From Candidatus Latescibacterota bacterium (lineage in GTDB: Bacteria > Krumholzibacteriota > Krumholzibacteriia > WVZY01): a DNA stretch of 64,000 nucleotides. This document shows positions 1 through 10,496 of this stretch, one piece after another (position 1 is the first letter of the stretch; every line of letters begins with the position of its first letter). The notes under the pieces are model-generated. The model was not told where the DNA came from. It made no database searches and saw only the letters and a list, made by a program, of their open reading frames with translations. The stretch is taken from NCBI GenBank assembly GCA_963791045.1, contig CAWBQK010000017.1, positions 128,001-192,000 of the forward strand, written 5' to 3'. A program made the position numbers and the translations under genes.

Positions 1-399
1 GATGTACATGTTCTCTCGAGGCTTGAGAGTATCGATGCTGATCTGGAGGTGGCCGAGACGCGCCGCGTTCAAGCGGTCGATGATTTTCTCGCTGACGAGA
101 AAACCGTTTGTAGTGAGTGACGTTTGCGACGCCCGGTTCGCGCGAACAACGATCTTGTCCACATCTTCGTGCAGAAGGGGCTCGCCGCCGAGCAGAGCGA
201 TCTGTGCCACACCGAGGCGGTGCAGGGCATCGATCCATTGTTCGACCTGGGCGTACGGAATCGATTTCGAGTGATTATCGTATTCGGTGCAGTAGCCGCA
301 GCTGAGATTGCAGCGCCGGGTGACGATGATCTGGGCTTCCAGGAAAGACTTCCGGATAAATATGTTGTTTAACATCCTCAACGGCGACGATATACGCAT
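1..399 (-). CDS. Radical SAM protein (partial, runs off the window edge)
   Basis: Manual translation, absent from the ORF track: MRISSPLRML...VTRRCNLSCGYC (CxxxCxxC)...LLGGEPLLH...TTNGF...QISID; GGAG RBS upstream of ATG at 399. Confidence 0.85.
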   Translation of the reverse strand, partial: MRISSPLRMLNNIFIRKSFLEAQIIVTRRCNLSCGYCTEYDNHSKSIPYAQVEQWIDALHRLGVAQIALLGGEPLLHEDVDKIVVRANRASQTSLTTNGFLVSEKIIDRLNAARLGHLQISIDTLKPRENMYI

Positions 400-712
400 T
401 CGATAACTCCACAGGAATAATAGTTGGGAAGAACATGAACGTATCCGGGAAGTTATGTAATTTCAAGTGAAAAGGCCAGTGTTTTGTCATTTTTTGGCTA
501 GAATCGATTGTCGAAAATGGCCTAAGGTCTTCGTGGATTCGTGGATTCGGGTGTCGGGTGGGCCCGCCGAATGTTTGTGTGATTTTGTTGAATAAGAGAC
601 ATTTGGGGTGGTATGTATACTAGTAATTGCGTTCGAAGCTCGTCGCGAAACAGCCACGGCGGACTGTCGCGACAGAAGCGATCACGAAAGTGGAGCTCCG
701 AGGAGGTGCCAA

Positions 713-1309
713 ATGGCGGTCCAGATTTTCAAACCCAGTCCAGGCTATTTGCAGAAAATGATGCTCAATGTGACTCTCATCGCGGCAGCGGCCGCGGTTG
801 GGGCAGGGCTTTTTGGTTGGCTCATCGGACTCGATGAAGGAGCGGACAAGGGAAGAATGGTGTCGATGATATTCTGGGCAATCATCGCCGTGTGGTGGCT
901 CGGGGCGATGATACTAGTCCGACCGTATTTTAGAAGCCTCCAGTACGAGATACACGAGGATGAAGTCATCGTACGTGTTGGGATCTTTGTCAAGTCGGTT
1001 AAACATGTGCCGTACAGAACGGTGACGAACGTGACCGTCAAGCGCGACATTTTCGATCGGTGGTTCTTCGGTCTGGGAACGCTAAACATCCAAACAGCGG
1101 GCTTTAGTGGAAACAAGGGGGCGGAGGAGCGGTTGGTCGGATTGCCCAACGTCCAGGAAGTGTACGAATTGGTCGCCGGATCTCTCCGACGTTTCCGGGG
1201 AGGGATGAGCCCGACGCAGGCGGACGTTGATGGGGGTGACGGGATGGACGCGGGGGTACTGCGAGAGATTCTCAGCGAAATCAAGGCGATCCGGAAGGCC
1301 AAACAGTAG
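713..1309 (+). CDS. PH-domain (bPH_2/YdbS-like) membrane protein
   Basis: Two TM helices, then YEIHEDEVIVRVGIF...VPYRTVTNV...DRWFFGLGTLNIQTAG; AGGAGG RBS before ATG 713. Confidence 0.8.
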   Translation: MAVQIFKPSPGYLQKMMLNVTLIAAAAAVGAGLFGWLIGLDEGADKGRMVSMIFWAIIAVWWLGAMILVRPYFRSLQYEIHEDEVIVRVGIFVKSVKHVPYRTVTNVTVKRDIFDRWFFGLGTLNIQTAGFSGNKGAEERLVGLPNVQEVYELVAGSLRRFRGGMSPTQADVDGGDGMDAGVLREILSEIKAIRKAKQ

Positions 1310-1339
1310 TCCGGTTTTTCGACGGCGCGACGGTCTCCG

Positions 1340-1369
1340 AAAGGTCTCCTCATACGGGGAGGCCTTTTT
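1340..1369 (+). terminator. Intrinsic terminator
   Basis: AAGGTCTCCTC/GGGGAGGCCTT stem followed by a T-run after the CDS. Confidence 0.6.
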
Positions 1370-1505
1370 GTATTTCATGACCGATGGTCTCAACACATAA
1401 ACGGCAATATGGTATTATCGTGAGAATCTCGCGTTCGCCCTGCGAATCAGCGAGATCGGTGCCTCAGCGTGACAAGATGGTTTGGCGCAAACCGGAGGAA
1501 TTGTA

Positions 1506-3167
1506 GTGACAAGAACGAAGTTATTGGGAGTCGCCGCGGTTATGGCCGTCGGACTGATCGTTTTATTGGCGTCGGTTGAAAATGCCCCGCCGTTTGATGC
1601 CGAGGCGATTCATTCGGCGGCGAGTCTCATTGGCCTGGAGTTTTCCCCGGCTGAGCGGGATTCGATGGTTGACGATCTTGTTGACAATCTCGAAAGCTAC
1701 ACAGAGTTGAGAAAAGTAAATATCGATAACGCCGTCCCACCCGCGTTTCAATTCAACCCCTTGCCGCGCGGTTGGCGTCCGGCGGTTGTGGAAAGCCGCG
1801 TCGACCTCTCTCCCGCTGGGATAACCAACCCTCCCGACGACATCGGCGAACTCGCGTTTTCTTCCGTTCGAGATTTGGGGGAATTGATCCGTACGAAAAA
1901 GATCAGCTCTGTCGAGTTGACCGAAATGTATCTCGATCGTTTGAAGAAGCACGGTGGCACGTTGGAGTGTGTGGTGACGCTAACCGAAGAACTCGCGCTC
2001 AGGCAGGCGCGCCGAGCCGATTCGGAGATCGCCGCGGGTCGATATCGAGGGCCGCTGCACGGGATTCCCTACGGCGCCAAGGATTTGCTGGCCGCGAAGA
2101 CCTACAAAACCACCTGGGGGGCAATGCCATACAAGGATCAGGTTTTCGACGAGGACGCGACGGTAATCAGAAAGCTTGAGGAGGCGGGCGCAATTCTGGT
2201 GGCCAAACTCACCCTGGGAGCGCTTGCGTGGGGTGATGTGTGGTATGGCGGCATGACCCGAAACCCGTGGAATCTCGAAGAAGGGTCGAGTGGCTCGTCG
2301 GCGGGCTCGGCATCGGCAACGGCCGCGGGGCTCGTCGCCTTCGCGATTGGCACCGAAACGTGGGGGTCTATCGTTTCGCCTTCGACGCGGTGCGGGACAA
2401 CGGGACTCCGGCCGACCTATGGCCGTGTGAGCCGTGCGGGCGCAATGGCGCTCAGCTGGTCGATGGACAAAATTGGCCCTATCTGCCGGAACGTGGAGGA
2501 CTGCGCCATTGTCTTTGATGCGATTCGCGGTGCGGATGGCGTCGATGAATCGGTGATCGAAGCGGGGTTCGAGTATGGTCCAGACGTCGATCTCAAGAGT
2601 CTCAGGATAGGATATATAAAAGAGTATTTTGAAGAGGACTATCCGAACAAAGAAGCGGACGCCGTTACTCTTGATGTTCTTCGCTCGCTCGGCGCCGATC
2701 TGATCCCTATTGAATTACCGGATTACCCCATCGGGTCGCTCGCCTTTATTCTCAGCGCGGAAGCGGCGGCGGCGTTCGATGACCTTACCCGGTCGAATCG
2801 GGATGATCTTCTCGTTCGCCAGATAAAAAACGCGTGGCCAAATGTGTTCCGTTCATCGCGGTTTATTCCGGCGGTCGAATATATTCAGGCCAACCGTGTC
2901 CGTCACATGGTCATCCAGGATATGCGCGAACTCATGGTCGGCATCGATGTATATGTTGCGCCGTCGTTCGGAGGAAGCAATCTTCTTCTTACCAACCTGA
3001 CCGGTCACCCGTGCGTTGTGCTTCCAAACGGTTTCAACGACGAGGGGAGCCCGGTGAGTGTGAGCTTCATCGGAGGGCTATTCGATGAAGGCACGTTGCT
3101 TGGTGTGGCCAAGGCATACCAGGACGCCACCGAATTTAACGGACGGCGCCCCGATGGTTTCGAATAA
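1506..3167 (+). CDS. Amidase signature family protein with N-terminal signal/anchor
   Basis: GPLHGIPYGAKD, GSSGSSAGS and GTETWGSIVSPS amidase motifs; GGAGG RBS before GTG 1506. Confidence 0.9.
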   Translation: MTRTKLLGVAAVMAVGLIVLLASVENAPPFDAEAIHSAASLIGLEFSPAERDSMVDDLVDNLESYTELRKVNIDNAVPPAFQFNPLPRGWRPAVVESRVDLSPAGITNPPDDIGELAFSSVRDLGELIRTKKISSVELTEMYLDRLKKHGGTLECVVTLTEELALRQARRADSEIAAGRYRGPLHGIPYGAKDLLAAKTYKTTWGAMPYKDQVFDEDATVIRKLEEAGAILVAKLTLGALAWGDVWYGGMTRNPWNLEEGSSGSSAGSASATAAGLVAFAIGTETWGSIVSPSTRCGTTGLRPTYGRVSRAGAMALSWSMDKIGPICRNVEDCAIVFDAIRGADGVDESVIEAGFEYGPDVDLKSLRIGYIKEYFEEDYPNKEADAVTLDVLRSLGADLIPIELPDYPIGSLAFILSAEAAAAFDDLTRSNRDDLLVRQIKNAWPNVFRSSRFIPAVEYIQANRVRHMVIQDMRELMVGIDVYVAPSFGGSNLLLTNLTGHPCVVLPNGFNDEGSPVSVSFIGGLFDEGTLLGVAKAYQDATEFNGRRPDGFE

Positions 3168-3200
3168 GACGGGTTACTGGCATTGCAAAGAGGAGAACGA

Positions 3201-3905
3201 ATGAACATTCAAGGGTCAAAAATATTGATAACGGGCGGTTCGCTGGGGATCGGTAAGGTGACGGCGAGGGTTCTGGTCGACGCCGGCGCATCCGTGGTTA
3301 TTACGGGCAGAGATGCGGAGCGAATTCAGGCGGCGGAGAAAGAGACCGGAGCCAGGGGCGTCGTCGCCGATGTTCGGAACAGCGCCGACATAGATAAAAC
3401 ATTCGATTTTGTCGGTGACACCCTCGGCGGTCTCGACTGTCTCATTAACAACGCTGGAATCGGTTCGCTCAAAAGACTGGGTGATGTCTCGATCGGTGAT
3501 TTCGAAAAAGTGTTCGAAACCAATGTGTACGGCGCCGCCTTGATGGCCCAACGTGCGGCGGAGATCTTTAAAGAACAAAAACGGGGCGATATCATAAATA
3601 TTGGATCGACGGCATCGCTCAAAGGGTACGAGCGCGGATCGGTGTATGTGGCCAGCAAGTTCGCGCTTCGCGGGATGACGATGTGCTGGCAGGCGGAACT
3701 GAGGAAGTACAATATTCGTGTCATGCTGGTCAATCCGAGCGAGGTTCCGACGGCGATTGCCAGTCGCGATCGGGTTGAAAGGACCGGCCCGCCCAACAAA
3801 CTCAGTTCGTTCGAGATCGCACACTCGATCAAGTCGGTTCTGGAGATGGACAACAGGGGGTTCATCCCCGAATTTTCCGTGTGGGCTACGAATCCGTGGT
3901 CCTGA
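3201..3905 (+). CDS. Short-chain dehydrogenase/reductase
   Basis: TGGSLGIG, NNAG and YVASK (YxxxK) motifs. Confidence 0.9.
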   Translation: MNIQGSKILITGGSLGIGKVTARVLVDAGASVVITGRDAERIQAAEKETGARGVVADVRNSADIDKTFDFVGDTLGGLDCLINNAGIGSLKRLGDVSIGDFEKVFETNVYGAALMAQRAAEIFKEQKRGDIINIGSTASLKGYERGSVYVASKFALRGMTMCWQAELRKYNIRVMLVNPSEVPTAIASRDRVERTGPPNKLSSFEIAHSIKSVLEMDNRGFIPEFSVWATNPWS

Positions 3906-3994
3906 TGAATGGACAGTAGTTTACGACTCGTGTAAAATCTTCGATATATGCGAGATCAGCGGGTGACGCGGGTTCAGAAAGAAAAGAGGCAGAA

Positions 3995-4472
3995 GTGACC
4001 GACAGACCGTCGTGGGATGACTATTTCATGGAAGTGGCCAATACGATTTCAAAGACGAGCCACGTGCGACCGGGGGAAGAGCGGTTGCGTGATAGCGAAG
4101 GACCGGCAGCTGATCGTGTCCGGGTATGTGGGGTCGCCGTCGGGTTTCGAACACTGTGACGAGGTGGGGCACCAGATCAAACGAGTGACCCATGAAAATG
4201 GAGAAGTCACAGAGCATTGCATGCGTACGGTTCACGCCGAACAGAACGCGATTTGCCAGGCAGCCCGGCTCGGCGTGTCTATCGCGGGGGCGACCGTGTA
4301 CACGAGAATGACTCCATGCCGAACATGCGCGATGCTGTTGATCAACTGTGGAATCAAACGTATTGTGTGCGAGAGGCGGTACCACAAAGGGGCGGAATCC
4401 GAAGAGATGTTTGCGCATGCGGGCATCGAACTCGAGTTTATGTTTGATGAAGTTCAACAGTACCCCAAATAG
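3995..4472 (+). CDS. dCMP deaminase / ComEB family (single-base insertion near 4054)
   Basis: GTG start gives RPSWDDYFMEVANTISK, which joins RATCDRG...HAEQNA...PCRTC in the next frame; length is 3n+1. Confidence 0.85.
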
Positions 4473-4574
4473 AATAAAATCGTATTTTGGTGAATATCGT
4501 TCGGTTAAAATTCGGAGTTGCCCGATGGAGTGTCAGACGACATTGCCGGGTGATCCGGTGAGGAAGGATTGGCG

Positions 4575-5504
4575 ATGAATTCTGGTAAGAAAGGAACGTC
4601 CGGGGCGGTTCTCCCGGGTGGTATTTATGCGGCCAGTTTGACGCCGCTCAAGGATGATCTGTCTATCGACCACGATCTGCTCGTGTCGCATTGCAAGCAC
4701 CTGCTCGATGACGGCTGCGACGGAATCGCACTTTTCGGTACGACGGGCGAATCGACGTCGTTCACCGTTGAAGAGAGAATTCGAACGCTCGATATCATTG
4801 TGGACGCGGGAGTGCCCGCCGATCGTCTTCTCGTTGGAACCGGGTGTACGGCGATCCCCGATACCGTGGCGCTGACGCGACACGCCGTGGAGATGGGCGC
4901 GGGAGGTGTTCTCGTTCTACCTCCTTTCTATTTTAAAAATGTCTCGGATGCCGGAGTGATTGCCTCGTACAAGGAGATCATCGAAAAGGTTGGAGACGCG
5001 CGTCTGAAGCTTTATCTCTATCATTTTCCGCAGATGTCGGGTGTGAGTTTGAGCCTCGACACGGTGCAGCGGCTCGTGGACGCGTACCCGGAAACGATCG
5101 TAGGGTTGAAGGATTCGAGCGGAAATTGGAACAATCTTCGGCTTCTCTGCGAGAGATTCTCCGACATTCAAATATTTCCCGGTACGGAGGTGTTTCTTCT
5201 GGACGTCCTCCGGCACGGTGGGGCTGGGTGCATTTCGGCGACATTCAACGTAACCGCGGCGAGGGGTGGGGAATTGTTCAAGGGATGGCGGAATGATGAT
5301 GCCGACAGAAAGCAAAACGAGCTGACGGCGATCCGGAGGATTTTTGAACGCTACCCAATTATTTCCGGTCTGAAGAGCACGTTGGCGCGTTTGAACGCAA
5401 AAGAAGGCTGGTTGAATTTGAGAGTCCCGCTCGATCGTCTGACGGATAGCGAAGGCACCGACCTTGCGGCTGCCCTCGAACCGTGGGGAATCGGGAGGTC
5501 ATAG
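4575..5504 (+). CDS. Dihydrodipicolinate synthase / class I aldolase family protein
   Basis: GTTGE, YLYHFP and GLKDSSG (Schiff-base Lys) motifs. Confidence 0.88.
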   Translation: MNSGKKGTSGAVLPGGIYAASLTPLKDDLSIDHDLLVSHCKHLLDDGCDGIALFGTTGESTSFTVEERIRTLDIIVDAGVPADRLLVGTGCTAIPDTVALTRHAVEMGAGGVLVLPPFYFKNVSDAGVIASYKEIIEKVGDARLKLYLYHFPQMSGVSLSLDTVQRLVDAYPETIVGLKDSSGNWNNLRLLCERFSDIQIFPGTEVFLLDVLRHGGAGCISATFNVTAARGGELFKGWRNDDADRKQNELTAIRRIFERYPIISGLKSTLARLNAKEGWLNLRVPLDRLTDSEGTDLAAALEPWGIGRS

Positions 5505-5574
5505 TCGCCGCTCTCCTGCGGGGTAGGGCGCCGTGGCAACGGGTCGTTGGAGATGGAACAACGAATAGCGGTAT

Positions 5575-7641
5575 ATGAAAAAAAAGACGCAAATCTATAC
5601 GACCGGATGCCCCCGAAACTGTTACAGCACGTGTACCATGACCGTTCATGTCGAAGACGGTCGCCTCGTCAAAATAGAACCTCACCTCGGCAATAAGGCG
5701 ACTTTTGAGGGACCGTGCCTCAAAGGACTCGCCTATGTCGAACGCGCGCACTCGCCCGACCGGATACTCGATCCAGTCCTGAAAAACCCGAACAACGGAG
5801 AATTCAGAAAGATTTCCTGGGACGATGCTTTTGATCTAATCACCGGGAATCTGATCCGTCTTCGGAGTGAGTATGGTCCACAGAGCGTTCTGTATTACAA
5901 CGGTAGCGGGACAAAAGGGCTGTTGAACGGTGTCGGGATGTCCTTCTGGCGCTTGTTTGGCGGTTGTTCGACAACCTACGGAGATCTGTGCTGGCCGGCG
6001 GGGCTCGAAGCCACCAGGTTGATGCTCGGCGAAAACAAGCACAATGCCCCGTGGGATATCGCAAACGCGAAGCTCGTGATTCTTTGGGGAAAGAACACAG
6101 CCGAGACCAACATCCACCAGATGGTTTTTATAAACCAGGCGCTCGACAACGGCGCACGACTTGTTGTGATCGATCCGCGCCGGACGGAATCCTCCGAGCG
6201 CGCCGAGCTTCTCATCCAACCAAGACCCGGCTCGGACGGCGCCCTCGCGCTTGCGCTTGCGCGACTTGTGATAGAAAACGGCAATGTCGATCGGGCGTTT
6301 GTGGATGAGCACGTTTTGGGTTTTCCGGAATTTGAGCAAATGGTGGCGGATGCGACGCCGGAGTGGGCGGCGTCGATTACGGATGTGCCGGTGGAATATA
6401 TTCGCAGGTTGGCGGAATTCATCGGAACAATCAAGCCGGTGACAATAAATGCCGGTTTTGGAATGCAGCGCTATACCAACAGCGGCCAGACGATGCGGGC
6501 GATGATCGCTCTGCTCGCCCTCACCGGCAATGTTGGACGGCCGGGCGCCGGGTGGATCTTTGCAAACCTCCAAAGCCATATCTTCGACGACGTCAAAGAC
6601 CCGATTGCGTTCTACCCACCTGACGAGCCGGACGGTGTTGTTCGTGTTGGTGTGTCGACGAGTCGTCTCGGCCAGGACATATTGTCCGCCTCGGATCCGC
6701 CGCTGAAAATGATATGGGTCGAACGCGGTAATCCCGTCACGCAGAATCCCGAAACGAACACGGTGCTCAACGCGTTTCGTTCGCTTGACTTCCGGGTCGT
6801 GGTAGAACAGTTCATGACCGACACCGCCAGAGAAGCCGACCTCGTCCTGCCGGCAAAATCGATGTTCGAACAAACCGACGTGATCAATGCCTATTGGCAT
6901 CCTTATATCCAATTGAAACAAAAATCTTTTGATCCCCCGGGGAACGTGAAACCCGAAACGGAAATCTATTATCGCCTCGCACAACGGTTGGGGATCGATG
7001 AGAAAGTGGTAGCTGAAAACATCCCCGGCGCAACGGATGCGGATGTTGAAGCCTATCTCGAACGGCGGCTCGAGCCGTTTCCGGAACTGACACTCGAGCG
7101 TCTTCGTGAGGGGCCGATATTGGCGCCCGGGCATCAGGAAATCGCATTTTCCGATTTTGTATTTTCCACGCCGTCGGGAAAGATTGAACTCGTATCGCAG
7201 GAAGCGAAGGATCGCTGGGGAGTGGATCCGCTCCCGCGGTACAGCGAGCCGGTTGAGTCGATACGTACCGCCGGGGCGCGATCGGGACGCTACCCGCTCT
7301 ATTTTATGACGCCGAATACCAAGAACCGGATTCATTCCCAGTTCAACAATCTCGAGATGATCCGCAGGTTGAGCCCGGCGCCGTTTGTCGCGATTCACCC
7401 CGATGACGCAAGCGAGCGCGGAATCGACGCGGGATCACGCGCACGTGTGTTCAACGACCGCGGTTCGATTGAAGTCGATGTTCAGATCGATTTTGGTATC
7501 AAGCGGGGATGTGTGTCGGTAACAAACGGCTGGTGGATACAGGAAGGCGGGACGGTGAACTTTTGTTCGTTTGGGCGCGAAACCGACATGGCCCATGGAG
7601 CGGCTTTTCATGACAATCTGGTCGACGTAGAGCGGGTGTAA
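5575..7641 (+). CDS. Molybdopterin oxidoreductase catalytic subunit (DMSO reductase superfamily), no Tat signal
   Basis: N-terminal CPRNCYSTC...C Fe-S motif, LWGKN, VIDPRRT, TDTAREADLVLPA and a C-terminal molybdopterin dinucleotide-binding domain (HSQF, IHPDDA). Confidence 0.92.
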   Translation: MKKKTQIYTTGCPRNCYSTCTMTVHVEDGRLVKIEPHLGNKATFEGPCLKGLAYVERAHSPDRILDPVLKNPNNGEFRKISWDDAFDLITGNLIRLRSEYGPQSVLYYNGSGTKGLLNGVGMSFWRLFGGCSTTYGDLCWPAGLEATRLMLGENKHNAPWDIANAKLVILWGKNTAETNIHQMVFINQALDNGARLVVIDPRRTESSERAELLIQPRPGSDGALALALARLVIENGNVDRAFVDEHVLGFPEFEQMVADATPEWAASITDVPVEYIRRLAEFIGTIKPVTINAGFGMQRYTNSGQTMRAMIALLALTGNVGRPGAGWIFANLQSHIFDDVKDPIAFYPPDEPDGVVRVGVSTSRLGQDILSASDPPLKMIWVERGNPVTQNPETNTVLNAFRSLDFRVVVEQFMTDTAREADLVLPAKSMFEQTDVINAYWHPYIQLKQKSFDPPGNVKPETEIYYRLAQRLGIDEKVVAENIPGATDADVEAYLERRLEPFPELTLERLREGPILAPGHQEIAFSDFVFSTPSGKIELVSQEAKDRWGVDPLPRYSEPVESIRTAGARSGRYPLYFMTPNTKNRIHSQFNNLEMIRRLSPAPFVAIHPDDASERGIDAGSRARVFNDRGSIEVDVQIDFGIKRGCVSVTNGWWIQEGGTVNFCSFGRETDMAHGAAFHDNLVDVERV

Positions 7642-9014
7642 TGGGCCAAAAAGGATTCATATTCGATGTCAACAAATGCACGGGCTGTTCCGCCTGCCAG
7701 CTCGCGTGTACGATAGAAAACCAGGTGTCGCCGCAAATCGTCTGGCGCCAAATAAACACCTTCAACCCGCAAAAATATCCCGATATCCCCGTCTTTCACC
7801 ATTCCCTGGCGTGCAATCACTGTATAGATCCGCCGTGTATGGCGTACTGTCCGGCGCTCGCGTTCTCGAAGGATCCGGTGACCGGAGCGGTCACCCTGGA
7901 TGACTCGAAGTGCATTGGGTGTAAGTACTGCTCGTGGGCGTGCCCGTACGATGCCCCGCAATACAACATTTCCAGTGGCGTGATGGAAAAATGCACGTTC
8001 TGCGCGCACCGGCTCGACGAAGGCCTTGCGCCCGCGTGCGTGGCCCAGTGTCCGACGGGGGCGTTGGAGATTGGTGAGTACGAAATAAAGGGTGATCGTG
8101 AAGTTGTTGTCGGCTTTCCGTCAAACGGTACGGAACCGGCCATTGAATTCGTGCCGCTCTCCGACAATCGAGTCTTTCCGGAGTGCGTTGACACGGCAAA
8201 GCCACAGGGGGATCAGGCGGATCGGTTCGGGATGACAATGCCGGACGTGCCGGCGAACAAAGTGACGTTGAGATCGGAGTGGACGCTGGTCTTATTCACT
8301 ATCGTGGCGGCTTTTCTTGTCGGGGTGATAGCGGCGGACGTGTCCGGTTCGTTCAGCATCCATCCCGCGTTGTTTGCCGCGACGGGCCTGGTAGCGATGT
8401 TTGTGAGCACCCTGCACCTGGGGCGTTGGAAAAGGGCGCCACGGGCCGTTCTTAATTTGCGGAGATCATGGCTGAGCCGCGAAGTGGCGTTATTTCCGGT
8501 TTTCTTGTTTTTCGGGGTCTGGTATATCGCGAAAGGTGGCGAGCCCGAACTGGTCGGCGTCGTTGCCCTGGGCTTTGGGTTCGCCGCGCTCTTCTCGATT
8601 GACCGTGTGTATTCGGTAACGAAAGCGAAAGGTCTGGGGATTCACAGTGCTGGGGTGGTTCTGACCGGGCTTCTCGTCGTTATGGTTCTGACGGGGCTGC
8701 AGGGATATCTGTTCGCCGGGGTTCTTCTTATCCTGAAAACCGTACTCTATGCGAAAAGAAAGTATGCTTTTGGACGTGAGAAACGCGACACTCGTCTTAT
8801 CCTCAGCGCCGTGCGACTGGCGGGGAGTTGTACGCCGGTTCTCTTGTGGGTCGGGGGTTGGAAGGGGACGGAGGCCGTTGCCTTCGGGCTCGTCGCACTC
8901 GGAGAATTGGTCGATCGTTGCGAGTTCTATATCGAACTCGAAATTCCGACGCCGCGCGGGGAGATGGCGCGGGAACTTCGCCGGCAGTTGATCCCAAGCA
9001 AAAAGGCCGGTTGA
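7641..9014 (+). CDS. DmsB-like 4Fe-4S subunit fused to a DmsC-like membrane anchor
   Basis: CTGCSAC, CNHCIDPPC, CIGCKYC..ACPY and KCTFC clusters; then EWTLVLFT, STLHLG..RA..NLRRSWLSRE and several TM helices; overlaps the upstream stop. Confidence 0.88.
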   Translation: MGQKGFIFDVNKCTGCSACQLACTIENQVSPQIVWRQINTFNPQKYPDIPVFHHSLACNHCIDPPCMAYCPALAFSKDPVTGAVTLDDSKCIGCKYCSWACPYDAPQYNISSGVMEKCTFCAHRLDEGLAPACVAQCPTGALEIGEYEIKGDREVVVGFPSNGTEPAIEFVPLSDNRVFPECVDTAKPQGDQADRFGMTMPDVPANKVTLRSEWTLVLFTIVAAFLVGVIAADVSGSFSIHPALFAATGLVAMFVSTLHLGRWKRAPRAVLNLRRSWLSREVALFPVFLFFGVWYIAKGGEPELVGVVALGFGFAALFSIDRVYSVTKAKGLGIHSAGVVLTGLLVVMVLTGLQGYLFAGVLLILKTVLYAKRKYAFGREKRDTRLILSAVRLAGSCTPVLLWVGGWKGTEAVAFGLVALGELVDRCEFYIELEIPTPRGEMARELRRQLIPSKKAG

Positions 9015-9119
9015 ACACCGGCCTCGGGCCGGCCCCCACACCCTTGTGGGGGGGGGCGACCAATCTTGCTAACGAAAATTTCGATCGACGAGACGGATCA
9101 ACCGCCGGTCACGATTAGT

Positions 9120-9746
9120 CTAGTCGTGACCCGGAGGATTCCTGTCAATGACGACCTGGAATGTCACCGCGACACGCCACTTGAACGAAAGCGGGTCAGC
9201 CGCTGAAGGTTCCGGCGTGACGGTTCCGGCATCCATGGTCAGGATCAAGCGCGGATCCATGCCCGCGACGAGATCAACGAGCGCTCTGTCGACAAGCGCC
9301 ACGCCGTCCGAGTTGAGGTCGGCGTAGATCGCCATGTCCTTCGCGGCCATGAGTGACTGATCCGTCATGTTGACGAATGTCGCCGGACCGTCATCCAGGG
9401 CTTCCCCCGGGGTATCCTGACGCTTGATCGTCACGGCGGACGAAACCACCCAATCGTGTTCCGAGGTAAGCCTCTGGACCATGTAGGTACCGCTCACGAT
9501 ATGGATGGACCTGATGTCCTTGACCTTTGTGTCGTGCTTCTCGAGAAGCTTGTACACTCGGTCCGCAAAGTCATCGCAGACAACCGCGCTGCCCAGGGTT
9601 GGGCTCTCACGATATTCGTCGAGGGAGATTTTCACCGTTTCGGTGATAACCACTTCGGTCGACATATCGTCGTATACACAGCCGCTCGCGAGAACGAGAA
9701 CACAGAGAATGGGAAGCACGGCAACGCTCAAGATTGCCTTCTTCAT
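9120..9746 (-). CDS. Uncharacterised lipoprotein (paralog B)
   Basis: Lipobox LASGC; clearly similar to 9860..10480 along its length. Confidence 0.75.
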   Translation of the reverse strand: MKKAILSVAVLPILCVLVLASGCVYDDMSTEVVITETVKISLDEYRESPTLGSAVVCDDFADRVYKLLEKHDTKVKDIRSIHIVSGTYMVQRLTSEHDWVVSSAVTIKRQDTPGEALDDGPATFVNMTDQSLMAAKDMAIYADLNSDGVALVDRALVDLVAGMDPRLILTMDAGTVTPEPSAADPLSFKWRVAVTFQVVIDRNPPGHD

Positions 9747-9859
9747 GGTTCACGCTCCTGTCGTTAGGGACGATGCCTGATGGCCGGGGCGTGGCCTTCA
9801 CGCGCCGGCCGCCACTTGATGTATTTACTCGGCGCCCTTCTTGACACCTCTTGCTGCAA

Positions 9860-10480
9860 CTAGCTGCTGACATCCATATTGATAACAATCTGGAAAACGA
9901 TCCTTGCCTGCCACATGAACGAAAGCGGATCGGCCGCGGTCGGCGCCGGCGTGATGTCGTCGCTTTCCATGGTGACGATGAGTCTCGGGTCCGCGCCGGT
10001 CAGAAGATCGGCAAGTGCGTTATTGACGACGCCCACGCCGGCCGAATTGAGATCCGCCGGAACGGGTTTGCCTTTGGCATCCCCGAGGGGCTGATTCGTC
10101 AGGTTGACGAAGATCTCAGGCCCTTCGGTCACGGGGCCGGACGGGTCGTCCTGGCGTTTGATGGTCACTTCACCGGTAACGGTCCAGTCATGGCTCCTCG
10201 ACGGCTTGGTGACCTTGTACTCACCCGACACCATGGTTATGGCGGTCACGTCTTCAAGCTCGACGTCATATTCGTCGAGTTTCGCCATGAGCTTCATTTT
10301 GAAGTCATCGACGACAACGGCGCTTCCGATGTCCGCGGTTGTGCGGTACTCATCGAACTGGACGTTGATCTTCTCGGTCACGACGATCTCCGTGGCGAGT
10401 TCATCGTAAACACATCCACTCGAAACCGCGAGGAAGCAGAGGACGGGAAGGATGAGTAATTTAAATACCGCTTTATTCAT
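9860..10480 (-). CDS. Uncharacterised lipoprotein (paralog A)
   Basis: Lipobox VSSGC; shares CVYD, HDW, ADLNS.GV, DPRLI and ADPLSF.W with its neighbour; both have CAGGAGCGTG before the start. Confidence 0.75.
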   Translation of the reverse strand: MNKAVFKLLILPVLCFLAVSSGCVYDELATEIVVTEKINVQFDEYRTTADIGSAVVVDDFKMKLMAKLDEYDVELEDVTAITMVSGEYKVTKPSRSHDWTVTGEVTIKRQDDPSGPVTEGPEIFVNLTNQPLGDAKGKPVPADLNSAGVGVVNNALADLLTGADPRLIVTMESDDITPAPTAADPLSFMWQARIVFQIVINMDVSS

Positions 10481-10496
10481 TGTGCACGCTCCTGTT

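Noticed and set aside
5836-7398. Long antisense ORFs (e.g. 520 aa here, 435 aa opposite gltA, 350 aa opposite the propeller gene)
   Set aside because: These are shadow ORFs of GC-rich coding strands with no motifs or RBS.
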